Below are positions 1 through 7,901 of a stretch of DNA of 38,447 nt, piece after piece. The stretch is taken from the IMG/VR virus record IMGVR_UViG_3300005582_000033, positions 1 to 38,447 of that record; one strand, given 5' to 3'. The notes below the pieces were generated by a model, which worked only from the letters and a program-made list of their open reading frames with translations, was not told the origin of the DNA and did not search any database. Origin of the DNA: a virus. Lineage: Duplodnaviria; Caudoviricetes. How positions within the stretch are numbered: position 1 is the first letter of the stretch; every line of letters starts with the position of its first letter. A program made the translations under genes and the position numbers.

Positions 1-102
1 TGGCCGGATCACGCAGATATGGTCGTGTGGCTCATGGAGCGGTATAACCCTGCGCGATGCTCGCGAGACATGCCCGCATTGGATTCCTCGGCAGAACAGT
101 GA
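1..102 (+). CDS. 3' end of a hypothetical protein truncated by the window edge
   Basis: Open frame from base 1 (WPDHADMVVWLMERYNP...SAEQ) to TGA at 100-102, just upstream of the hairpin at 127-154. Confidence 0.35.
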   Translation, partial: WPDHADMVVWLMERYNPARCSRDMPALDSSAEQ

Positions 103-123
103 ATTGTGCGACGAACTTCGCGC

Positions 124-154
124 AAAAAAGCCCGGCCTTGATTGGCCGGGCTTT
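124..154 (-). terminator. Rho-independent terminator, possibly bidirectional
   Basis: Perfect 11-bp inverted repeat AAAGCCCGGCC (127-137) / GGCCGGGCTTT (144-154). A6 at 124-129 gives a U-tract on the minus strand directly after the stop of 160-381. Confidence 0.85.
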
Positions 155-159
155 CGCGT

Positions 160-381
160 TCATGGCACCCACAACAACTCAGCCCACCGCTCGACCAGTG
201 CTCCGGCCGTGATGCCTTGGGCCTTTGCGGCGGCGATGATTCGCTTTTTCCCAGCCAGAGTCACGCGGAGCGCGAGCAATGCCGACCTGGATCCGGCGAC
301 CGGTGGGCGACCGGCACCAGCTCGCTTGCCGCCGCGTCCTGGTCCGGCTTTCTTCTTCGTGGTTTTCTTTTTGGCACTCAT
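160..381 (-). CDS. Small DNA-binding protein (basic GGxRxGAGRP arm plus ribbon-helix-helix-like C-terminus)
   Basis: MSAKKKTTKKKAGPGRGGKRAGAGRPP followed by a beta-strand/helix/helix pattern (LALRVTLAGKKRIIAAAKAQGITAGALVERW). ATG at 381 lies 4 nt after the upstream stop. Confidence 0.7.
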   Translation of the reverse strand: MSAKKKTTKKKAGPGRGGKRAGAGRPPVAGSRSALLALRVTLAGKKRIIAAAKAQGITAGALVERWAELLWVP

Positions 382-385
382 GGGA

Positions 386-805
386 TCAATCGCAGTTGTA
401 TTCGGGATCAAGACTCAGCACAAACCCGCACGGGCAGGAGTCACCGAAATCCTGCTTGTAGCACTCTTCCATGCGGGCGCAGCAGGCATAGCATTCTTCG
501 GTGGTCAGTAGGTGCCCGATGCAGTCGGCGGCATCGTCTTCGCAGTGGTAGGACATGCCGCGGTTGTAGAGGTAGGCGAGAAACTCTTTCGCTGATCCTA
601 GCGTGGTGATGCGATTGAACAGGATGGGATGTGCCGTGGCTACAACTCCCGCGTTGTCGGCGAGCAAGGCAACGAGCGTTTCCGCATCGCGCAGCGCGTC
701 GAGTGGATCACGTTGCAGGGACTTCTTGACCGCTTCCTTCAAGAAAAAGGAGGCGGATGGGTCAGCGGCGATCTGATCGGCGAGTTTTTGGACTGATGGT
801 TTCAT
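386..805 (-). CDS. Hypothetical early protein, 139 aa, apparently two fused small domains, Cys-rich C-terminal half
   Basis: Protein-like ORF with the shared AACCAATGAA start context; part of a tightly packed minus-strand array. Confidence 0.75.
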   Translation of the reverse strand: MKPSVQKLADQIAADPSASFFLKEAVKKSLQRDPLDALRDAETLVALLADNAGVVATAHPILFNRITTLGSAKEFLAYLYNRGMSYHCEDDAADCIGHLLTTEECYACCARMEECYKQDFGDSCPCGFVLSLDPEYNCD

Positions 806-832
806 TGGTTTTGGTTTCTATTGGTTGGGGAT

Positions 833-1045
833 TCAGGCAAGTCCGTAGGTTTGCATCAGGACGCTTGTGGCGAAGCGGACTTTGCCCGTGGTGTAGTCCA
901 GAAGGCTTTCCGCTTCCGGGCCGGTGATCTCTTCCATGATCTGTTCCTTCGTCGCTCCGTAGTGGTTGGCGATGTTGTCGAGGATCATGGTTTTCGTTTT
1001 CGCGTCGATGAGGGCGAGGAATTTCTTGGTGATGATGGAGTTCAT
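833..1045 (-). CDS. Hypothetical early protein, 70 aa
   Basis: Protein-like ORF, GAACCAATGAAC start context, packed array. Confidence 0.75.
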   Translation of the reverse strand: MNSIITKKFLALIDAKTKTMILDNIANHYGATKEQIMEEITGPEAESLLDYTTGKVRFATSVLMQTYGLA

Positions 1046-1049
1046 TGGT

Positions 1050-1445
1050 TCAGGTGGTTGGGATTGGAGTGGAAGGAAACGTGTTGAGCAGGTAGGTCAT
1101 TGGGACGCGATAGCCGTATTTCGATTCGGCGTGGAAGGCTTCGACTCCCGTGCAACGGCAAACACCGTCATCCGAGACGAAGCCGAAATCCGCATCAGCT
1201 TCGCCGATGTATTCGCGGATCTTGGCAGCGGCAGCGGCGGGAGTCTTCACGCTTTTGGAATAGTCACCGTCGCAGGCGGAGAACGAAACGCGGAAGCGGC
1301 TCGCGATGAAGTAAGCCCCGCTTTCAGTCGGTTCGTAGGGATATTTGGCGAGCTCCTCCGCAATCGCTGGAGGGACATCGGTGGCGACTTTCGCAAAATT
1401 CGCGTTGTTGTCGCAATACATCGTGGTGGGCAGTGTCTTTTTCAT
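1050..1445 (-). CDS. Hypothetical early protein, 131 aa
   Basis: Start embedded in the 20-nt repeat AGAAAGACACGACCATGAAA; packed array. Confidence 0.75.
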   Translation of the reverse strand: MKKTLPTTMYCDNNANFAKVATDVPPAIAEELAKYPYEPTESGAYFIASRFRVSFSACDGDYSKSVKTPAAAAAKIREYIGEADADFGFVSDDGVCRCTGVEAFHAESKYGYRVPMTYLLNTFPSTPIPTT

Positions 1446-1477
1446 GGTCGTGTCTTTCTATGGTTGGAGTTGGAGTT

Positions 1478-1717
1478 TCAGATTTGAAGCAGCGCGGCGT
1501 AAACCGTCGCGGCCGGGGTGATAGCGTCATTCATCACGAACATCGGGATGTTGGACGATGACGTGATGGACATTCGGTAATTGTTGCCACCATCAAGGAT
1601 GGTGAAGTTGTTGGAGTAGGCACTATGATTGGGAGTGCCTTTTTCCATGAAGTAGGATTGCAAGGCGTGAGCGGCTTCAAGCGTGTCGGCGTAGGTGGTT
1701 TTCATTGGTTCTTTCAT
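1478..1717 (-). CDS. Hypothetical early protein, 79 aa (alternative start 1705)
   Basis: Start embedded in the second copy of AGAAAGACACGACCATGAAA; a second ATG at 1705 has the AACCAATGAA context. Confidence 0.7.
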   Translation of the reverse strand: MKEPMKTTYADTLEAAHALQSYFMEKGTPNHSAYSNNFTILDGGNNYRMSITSSSNIPMFVMNDAITPAATVYAALLQI

Positions 1718-1741
1718 GGTCGTGTCTTTCTTGGTTGGTGG

Positions 1742-1939
1742 TTAGTTGATGGAGTAGAAATCCTCTGGCTTGTAGTCTTTGCCGAGATACGCGCAGTGAC
1801 CGTTGACGCAGATCACGTTGAATTCCGCAGGGTCAAACTTGCTTTGCTTCACGGTGTAGGCGGAAGTGGCGTAGTGGACGATGGTTCCGGCGGCAGCGGC
1901 AGCTTTCACTTCGTCGAGGGTGGCGTAGGTCGTTTTCAT
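1742..1939 (-). CDS. Hypothetical early protein, 65 aa
   Basis: Protein-like ORF (MKTTYATLDEVKAAAAAG...), packed array. Confidence 0.7.
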   Translation of the reverse strand: MKTTYATLDEVKAAAAAGTIVHYATSAYTVKQSKFDPAEFNVICVNGHCAYLGKDYKPEDFYSIN

Positions 1940-1950
1940 GGGATTAAGAG

Positions 1951-2169
1951 TTAAACGAGGTTGATGTGTGCCGTGATGTGGCGGAAGTCCGGCAGATCGG
2001 CTACCGCTTCCGCTTGCTCGAACGTCGGTTCCGTGTGGGAGTAGATCGTCCGAACAGCGTGATTCCGTGGCATTCCGCCAAGGTGGTTGATGATGTCATC
2101 CATTTTTTTCGCGGAAACCATCGTGGTGCCGGAGGTTAAAATGACGAGGTTGAAGAGTGGGGAGTTCAT
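1951..2169 (-). CDS. Hypothetical early protein, 72 aa
   Basis: GAACCAATGAACTCC start identical to that of 833-1045; packed array. Confidence 0.7.
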   Translation of the reverse strand: MNSPLFNLVILTSGTTMVSAKKMDDIINHLGGMPRNHAVRTIYSHTEPTFEQAEAVADLPDFRHITAHINLV

Positions 2170-2181
2170 TGGTTCGTGGGG

Positions 2182-2319
2182 TTAGAGGATTGCGGCGGTG
2201 AGGACGATCACGGCAGCGACAAACAAGCCGAAAGCCATCAGCAATGGCAGCAGGCTCAGGATGTCGAGCGCGTCGAAGAAAACGTCTGCGGTGGTGGTGG
2301 GATGCTGTTGAATTTTCAT
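2182..2319 (-). CDS. Small membrane protein, 45 aa
   Basis: MKIQQH... with one C-terminal hydrophobic stretch (ILSLLPLLMAFGLFVAAVIVLTAAIL). ATG at 2319 is 4 nt after the upstream stop. Confidence 0.6.
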   Translation of the reverse strand: MKIQQHPTTTADVFFDALDILSLLPLLMAFGLFVAAVIVLTAAIL

Positions 2320-2323
2320 TGGA

Positions 2324-2494
2324 TCAGGATTTGGGATAGGTGTTTCCGAATTGGTCGGTGATCTTCGCACTTGGCGAGAGGACAGCGGCAATCTCGCGAG
2401 CGTCGCGAAGAGTGACGGTGCCGGTGGATTTGCCGTTGACGATCACTTGGAATCGCTTCTTGGTGGACTTGGTTGGGAGTGGCTTCGTTTTCAT
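2324..2494 (-). CDS. Hypothetical early protein, 56 aa, first gene of the leftward operon
   Basis: MKTKPLPTKSTKKRFQVIVNGK...; ATG at 2494 directly downstream of an AT-rich promoter-like region. Confidence 0.65.
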   Translation of the reverse strand: MKTKPLPTKSTKKRFQVIVNGKSTGTVTLRDAREIAAVLSPSAKITDQFGNTYPKS

Positions 2495-2736
2495 TACGAG
2501 TAAGAGATACCACCGTTTTTGATTCGCGTAAACATAAATCATACACGAAATGCAAAAAAGTCGCTTTTCATCAAGTCAGGCGATGGTTTGCGACAATCTC
2601 GCCGGTTCAGGTGCGGGAAATGCGTCGAGGCTTGACACGCGCCTTTTAGGTTTCGTTACCCTTGGACGCGGTGCTTTGGAATTCGCGACAATACGGCGAG
2701 CTTTACAAGACGCGCCGCCGGTGGTAGTTCATCGGC
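2495..2736. promoter_or_regulatory. Divergent promoter region between early genes and packaging genes
   Basis: AT-rich 2495-2575 with TTTACG-N17-TATCTC on the minus strand just upstream of ATG 2494. TTGACA at 2632-2637 on the plus strand upstream of terS has no clean -10 at canonical spacing. Confidence 0.4.
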
Positions 2737-3204
2737 ATGGCAACGAAGAAGAAGGGGCAGGCGGAAGCCGCTCCGGTAAAACGTGGAAGACCCTCGGCAT
2801 ACTCGATTGAAGTCGCCGATGAGATTTGTGAGCGACTCAGCAATGGTGAGCCTCTCGCGCAAATCTGCCGCGATGATCGGATGCCAGCATACCGCACGGT
2901 TTACGACTGGCAGGACAATCACCCAGACTTTTCCGCAAAGGTCGCACGCGCGAGGCTCGATGGCTTCGAGTCGCTGGCCGTGGATTGCCTGCACATCTCC
3001 GACGACAATGCGCGGGACATGCGGTTCACCGAGAAGGGCGCGGCGGTGGTCGATGGCGACGTGATCCAACGGGCCAAACTCCGAGTGGATACCCGGCTGA
3101 AACTTCTCGCGTGCTGGGATCCAAAACGCTACGGCGCGAAGGTGGACGTGAACGCACACATCACCGGCGAGGTCATCGTCGAAATCGGTGGCGACGCAAC
3201 ATGA
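2737..3204 (+). CDS. terS: Terminase small subunit (N-terminal HTH, Sf6 gp1-like)
   Basis: GRPSAYSIEVADEICERLSNGEPLAQIC...MPAYRTVYDW HTH and IQRAKLRVDTRLKLL...PKRYG; stop overlaps the terL start (ATGA). Confidence 0.9.
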   Translation: MATKKKGQAEAAPVKRGRPSAYSIEVADEICERLSNGEPLAQICRDDRMPAYRTVYDWQDNHPDFSAKVARARLDGFESLAVDCLHISDDNARDMRFTEKGAAVVDGDVIQRAKLRVDTRLKLLACWDPKRYGAKVDVNAHITGEVIVEIGGDAT

Positions 3205-4742
3205 GTGCGAACGTCGTCAGGCTGAGACTCCGGCCTCGGGCCGCGTTTCGCGAGTTCGTCACGACGACGAAACGATGGGCGTGCCTCGTCGTTCATCGCC
3301 GGGCGGGCAAGACCTTCCACGCGCTCATGAAGCTGGTGAAATGCGCCCTGGAGGACAAGCGGCCGGGTCCGCCGCGCCGGTATGGCTACATCGCGCCGAC
3401 CCAGATTCAGGCCAAGGACATCGCGTGGGGATACCTAAAACGCTTCGTGCATTCCATCCCCGGCATCGGCATCAACGAGGCGGAACTGAAAATCACATTG
3501 CCGGACGGAACCACGATCCGGCTTTACTCCGGCGAGAACTACGAGCGGATGCGCGGGCTCTACTTTGACGGGGTAATCATCGACGAGCCCGAGGACATCG
3601 ATCCGCAAGCATGGCCGGAAGTCATCCGCCCGTGCCTCTCCGACTACTGCGGCTGGGCGGTCTGGGTGGGCACCATCAGCGGCATGGAAGGGCAATATCA
3701 GCGGTATCAATCCGCGGTGCTCGATGACGACTGGTTCGCCATGCTCCTGAAAGCCTCAGAGTCCGGGATTATCCCCGACGATGAGCTGGAAGACATGCGG
3801 AAGAACATGCACCCGGACATTTACGCGCAGGAAATGGAGTGCGAGCCGCGAATCAGCCGGTGCGTGTTCACCACGTCGAGCCTCGACCTCCAAGACAATA
3901 TTTCAGCGATCAACTCCAGCCGTCGCGAGTTCGGCCGGTTCGTCAACCAAGGCACCGAGGAGGAACCTCGCGTGACGTGGACACCGACCGGCGAGGATGC
4001 GGCGATGTCGGTGCGATGGGAACAGCCCAAGGTCGGGCAACGCTACCTCGTCAGCGTCGATTCGGCGAGCGGAGCGGATCAAACCGGCGGCGAAGACCCC
4101 GACTCGCATTCCATCCTTGTTCACCGGGCTGGCTACATTTCGGCGGAGACAGGGGAATGGGTGCCGCCGGCATTGGTCGCTCGCAACATGATGGTGCCTG
4201 CGAACAAGCCCGGCTCGATCTGTTGCTGGTGGGCCCAGGATGTGCTTGAGGATCAGGTGTGGCTTCTCTGCACCTACTACAAGGCGTTCCTTGTGCCCGA
4301 ATACAACCACGACAAGGGACTCGTCGAGGCGATGCGAAGGAAGAACATCCCGACCTACAAGCGCATGATCTTCGACAAGGTGGAGCAACGTGAAGCGCAG
4401 TGTCTTGGCTGGATGACCACGAAGCAGACCAAGCCCCGCATCGTCGCCAAGCTCGAAGTGACCTTGCGCGAGTTGCTCGACCAGGTTGTCGGCGGAGGCT
4501 ACGAAGTTCGGTGCCCGTGGATCTTGAAGCAGATGCGGAATTTTGGGACGTTGCCCAATGGCAGGCAAGAAGCCCTGTTCGGTCATGACGACGACGTGAT
4601 CTCGCTGGCGATCGGCGTGTTCACCATCGACTCAGCAACGCCATTCCATGAGCGATTGGTCGAACGGCAGATTCCCCGCGACCTCCAAAGGCTCTACGAG
4701 GCCCGGCAGATGGGTGCGACGCCAAGCGGAACCTATTCTTGA
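3201..4742 (+). CDS. terL: Terminase large subunit, 513 aa
   Basis: Walker A HRRAGKT, YIAPT, RGLYFDGVIIDE Walker B, VGT coupling motif, nuclease acidic motifs VSVDSASG and GHDDDVISLAIG. True start is ATG 3201, coupled to terS, not 2985. Confidence 0.93.
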   Translation: MSANVVRLRLRPRAAFREFVTTTKRWACLVVHRRAGKTFHALMKLVKCALEDKRPGPPRRYGYIAPTQIQAKDIAWGYLKRFVHSIPGIGINEAELKITLPDGTTIRLYSGENYERMRGLYFDGVIIDEPEDIDPQAWPEVIRPCLSDYCGWAVWVGTISGMEGQYQRYQSAVLDDDWFAMLLKASESGIIPDDELEDMRKNMHPDIYAQEMECEPRISRCVFTTSSLDLQDNISAINSSRREFGRFVNQGTEEEPRVTWTPTGEDAAMSVRWEQPKVGQRYLVSVDSASGADQTGGEDPDSHSILVHRAGYISAETGEWVPPALVARNMMVPANKPGSICCWWAQDVLEDQVWLLCTYYKAFLVPEYNHDKGLVEAMRRKNIPTYKRMIFDKVEQREAQCLGWMTTKQTKPRIVAKLEVTLRELLDQVVGGGYEVRCPWILKQMRNFGTLPNGRQEALFGHDDDVISLAIGVFTIDSATPFHERLVERQIPRDLQRLYEARQMGATPSGTYS

Positions 4743-4772
4743 CCGGCACGCCGCAATCGGATAGCCTTCGGC

Positions 4773-5147
4773 ATGGGTTATTTCCTCGTCTCCCCGCCTG
4801 AAACACGCTGGAACCGACACTCCAATCTTGGCGATCCGACTGACCACTTCACTCCGCCTTTCGAGGGTCCGGTGATCGGATTAAAGCACAAGCCCAAGAT
4901 CGACATCATCATTAACCCGCTCAACGCGGGCAAGACGGAGGCGACATTACTCGACCTACGGCACCGGTGGTTGAATGCGTTCTTCCTCCAGTTGGAAGTG
5001 ATTAACCCGAAAATCCCACACGATGTAGTGGTGGAGTGGGTCATCAACCACTTGCCGAAGACCGCTTCCAGCCTCGCGGACTCGATCGTATCGGCCATCC
5101 CCGAGAAGCTGGCTTTTCGACTGGCAGACGCATGGGAAGCAAAATGA
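4773..5147 (+). CDS. Hypothetical protein, 124 aa
   Basis: Co-oriented ORF filling the gap between terL and 5193; protein-like composition. Confidence 0.55.
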   Translation: MGYFLVSPPETRWNRHSNLGDPTDHFTPPFEGPVIGLKHKPKIDIIINPLNAGKTEATLLDLRHRWLNAFFLQLEVINPKIPHDVVVEWVINHLPKTASSLADSIVSAIPEKLAFRLADAWEAK

Positions 5148-5192
5148 TAAGTTCAATCTTGCAAATCGTCAGGATTTCTTTAGGAAAACTTC

Positions 5193-7316
5193 ATGGCTAC
5201 CAAGAAGCGTCCTTCTCCCAGCGACACATCGGCATCTACACCGTCGTCATTCGTCCCCGAAGCCCGCGGTAAAGCCGCTGCTCTCTCCAGCTACCTCGCC
5301 CAAGGCGGTGCCCGCGTCCGCCGGGGCGGCAAATACGCGCAGGGGCCGATGAAGAACAAGACGCTCGAACAAGCGACACAGGATTTCGAGCGTTTGTGGG
5401 TGAAAGCACCCGACGCGCTCAAAGAGAAATATGCTTCCCGTAGCCAGAAGACCGACCTTGCACCGAGCGAGCGCGGCGAACGGAAAGTCACCAACGCCAC
5501 GTTGAACGAGGCTAGGCCCGGCGAAACCTACGACCAGATGCAAGCCCGGTTCAGGAACTCGCGGACCGGCAAGACAACCCCGGCACCGGCGAAACCGCCA
5601 ATGCAGGCGGCACCCGTCACGCCGCGAGGGGAGGAACCGGAGCAGAATAGCACCCAGCAAAATGCAGGCAAGGTTTCGGCGACGCCCCCGCCGATTGCCG
5701 GTCCGGCGGAAGCTCCCGCGCCACGCAGCGTGAATCAGCGAGACGTGAACGAGCGCCGGGCCGCTGGTGAACCGACGGTTCCGGCGGTGAATACAGATTT
5801 TAACGACCTGACGAAAGCGCCAGTGGTCCCGGCAGGAGACGTGAAGAGTGTCGGCGATGGTTCTTTCCCTGAGAACAACACGCCACCGACGGCGGATCCC
5901 ATTACCGGCTCGAAGCCGCCATCCTCGGACGCGACTCCGCAGCAAGGACAAGCCACGCCACCACCGATTCCCGGACCCGCATCACAACCCCCGGCAAAGC
6001 CCGCCGACAAAACAACCCCAGTGGGGCGCGGGGTGAATGCGATTGCGGACAGTATTGGTTCGGCTTTCCTTAAAACCGTGAACGCCGTCAAGGCTCCTTT
6101 TATTTCTGACGTGGAAGCAGCAAAAGCAGACAAGAGCCTAAATGATGCTGTTGCAGCAAAAGATGTGCGGCTCAAGACCGAATCCGACGCGCGAGCACAA
6201 GGCGTTTCTTCGGTAATGGGCGGTCCTGTAACCCCAGCAGCCCCCGCCGCAAGCCCGCAGCAGCAAGCGGCAGCGTCAACCGCCGCTGATCTAAAAGCAG
6301 AGGAAAGCCGTAAGTTTGCGAGCGAAGCTGGAGCGGCCGCGATCGCAGCCCGAGCGAACAATACCCCAGAGCAAAACCAGCAGGAGATGGATGCCGCTGC
6401 GAAAACTTCTCAAGGACTCCCAAGCGCAAAGCAGGAGGATGAGCAACGGATCATGGATGCAAAGGCAAAGAATCCTGATGCTCGTAATCCGATGGCTCAA
6501 AATTCTCCAGATCCAAAAAATACGCCCGTCGCAGGGCCAAAGGCCGCAGCGGATGCCAAAATAGGCGAAGCCCCTCCCGGCATGGTGCTGATCGGAACTG
6601 GCTGGAAGCGCGACGCCGCAGGCAACAAGACCAACGAGCGCGAAGCGAAGTATGGGACGATGGATGATAGCTACGGCAAGGCGAAGATCATTCCCGGCAA
6701 CAGCGCGGGTGACATCAAGCAGACGATGGACAAGACTCCGGTGAAAGGAGATCCGACGAAGCCCGTGATGACGGGTTCCTCTCAAACGATGGAACAACGG
6801 GTCGCCGACTACCAATCCCGCTCCAACACCCCGCAAAGCCGCGATGCCGCCGGAGCTACGCTCGAAAGCATGGGAGTCAACGCCAACGCGAGCGGCCGCA
6901 CAGCCCCGCCGATCGCCGGACCACGCGGCCCGGCGAGCCAAATACAGCCGAAGGGACCGGACCACAATGCGATCCAACTCGCAGCCGGCCGCAGCCGGGA
7001 AGCCGCCGAAAGGCAAGGCATGGCGTATCAAGAGGCGCAAGCCAAGAAGCCGACGATGGACGACGTGAACCGGAGATTCACCCCCGGCACCGAAGAGCAC
7101 CGCGCCGCCGCGTATGGAGTCAACCCGACGACCGGAGCACAGTTGACCAAGGAGGACACTAAGGTTGACGTTCGTCCCGCCGGACGGAACGACACGATGA
7201 AGCCTGGCACCTCCCGCGTCGTCGCCAGTCGCCCTGCCACGCCAGAAGAACTCCGGACCGGCAATGCAGGCGCACCTCCTCCGACGATTCGCCGCCCGCA
7301 GTTAGTTCGCCGATAA
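5193..7316 (+). CDS. Low-complexity P/A/Q/T-rich protein, 707 aa; candidate internal virion/ejection protein
   Basis: Long ORF of largely disordered composition with repeated P-[IV]-[AP]-G-P motifs. Function is inferred from position only. Confidence 0.75.
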   Translation: MATKKRPSPSDTSASTPSSFVPEARGKAAALSSYLAQGGARVRRGGKYAQGPMKNKTLEQATQDFERLWVKAPDALKEKYASRSQKTDLAPSERGERKVTNATLNEARPGETYDQMQARFRNSRTGKTTPAPAKPPMQAAPVTPRGEEPEQNSTQQNAGKVSATPPPIAGPAEAPAPRSVNQRDVNERRAAGEPTVPAVNTDFNDLTKAPVVPAGDVKSVGDGSFPENNTPPTADPITGSKPPSSDATPQQGQATPPPIPGPASQPPAKPADKTTPVGRGVNAIADSIGSAFLKTVNAVKAPFISDVEAAKADKSLNDAVAAKDVRLKTESDARAQGVSSVMGGPVTPAAPAASPQQQAAASTAADLKAEESRKFASEAGAAAIAARANNTPEQNQQEMDAAAKTSQGLPSAKQEDEQRIMDAKAKNPDARNPMAQNSPDPKNTPVAGPKAAADAKIGEAPPGMVLIGTGWKRDAAGNKTNEREAKYGTMDDSYGKAKIIPGNSAGDIKQTMDKTPVKGDPTKPVMTGSSQTMEQRVADYQSRSNTPQSRDAAGATLESMGVNANASGRTAPPIAGPRGPASQIQPKGPDHNAIQLAAGRSREAAERQGMAYQEAQAKKPTMDDVNRRFTPGTEEHRAAAYGVNPTTGAQLTKEDTKVDVRPAGRNDTMKPGTSRVVASRPATPEELRTGNAGAPPPTIRRPQLVRR

Positions 7317-7349
7317 CCCTCTCCACAACACCAACCACATAACACGACC

Positions 7350-7790
7350 ATGAATCCAACAGACGTATTTAGCGGCAATTCCACGCCACCCGCCGGGGCA
7401 CTCCGCCTCACCTATGTTCACCAAGGGCTCGGTTTCATCGATCCTGATGGAGTGACCCGCAAAATTGAAACCGTTGATGCCGTCACGCTCACCACTCCGT
7501 TGACCGGGGCAACGATCAACTCACTGGCAAAGGTCAACGAAACGAACTATGTCACGCCCGCCGGCACGATTGCAGCCCTCACATGGACGCTACCATCGGG
7601 CGAAAACTCCGTTGTTGGGCAGGTCAAGACGCTGCAAAGCTCGCAGATCATCACCGCATTAACGGTGTCTGGCCTTGCAAGCGGCGTGATCTCCGGCACC
7701 GCGCTTACCGCCGCCGCCGCCGGAGTTACCTACCAATTCCAGTGCGTCAGCATCGTCGCAGGCGTCGCCACTTGGCTTCGCATCCGATAA
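7350..7790 (+). CDS. Small beta-rich virion structural protein, 146 aa
   Basis: T/A/G/V-rich alternating beta pattern (PAGTIAALTWTLPS...TWLRIR); ACACGACCATG start context. Confidence 0.7.
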   Translation: MNPTDVFSGNSTPPAGALRLTYVHQGLGFIDPDGVTRKIETVDAVTLTTPLTGATINSLAKVNETNYVTPAGTIAALTWTLPSGENSVVGQVKTLQSSQIITALTVSGLASGVISGTALTAAAAGVTYQFQCVSIVAGVATWLRIR

Positions 7791-7798
7791 ACCCCACA

Positions 7799-7833
7799 GG
7801 TCCGCCGGATTGCCCGGCGGACCACCCCCTTTT
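7799..7833 (+). terminator. Hairpin, putative weak terminator or mRNA-processing stem
   Basis: Perfect 10-bp stem GGTCCGCCGG (7799-7808) / CCGGCGGACC (7814-7823), 5-nt loop, followed by ACCCCCTTTT. Confidence 0.55.
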
Positions 7834-7901
7834 CAACGGGCCGCGACCAGCGCGGCAAACGACCGGCGGATCCTTCCGCAACTCTCACCTGAAACTTTGC
7901 C

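Noticed and set aside
104-2361. Plus-strand ORFs over the early region
   Set aside because: The minus strand has a tightly packed gene array with shared start contexts and a terminator; the plus-strand ORFs are shadows.
2985-3200. N-terminal extension of terL given by the ORF track (similarly 33776 for the scaffold, 34890 for the capsid, 33323 for the 336-aa gene)
   Set aside because: The extensions overlap upstream genes or regulatory gaps; downstream ATGs have coupling overlaps or typical leaders.
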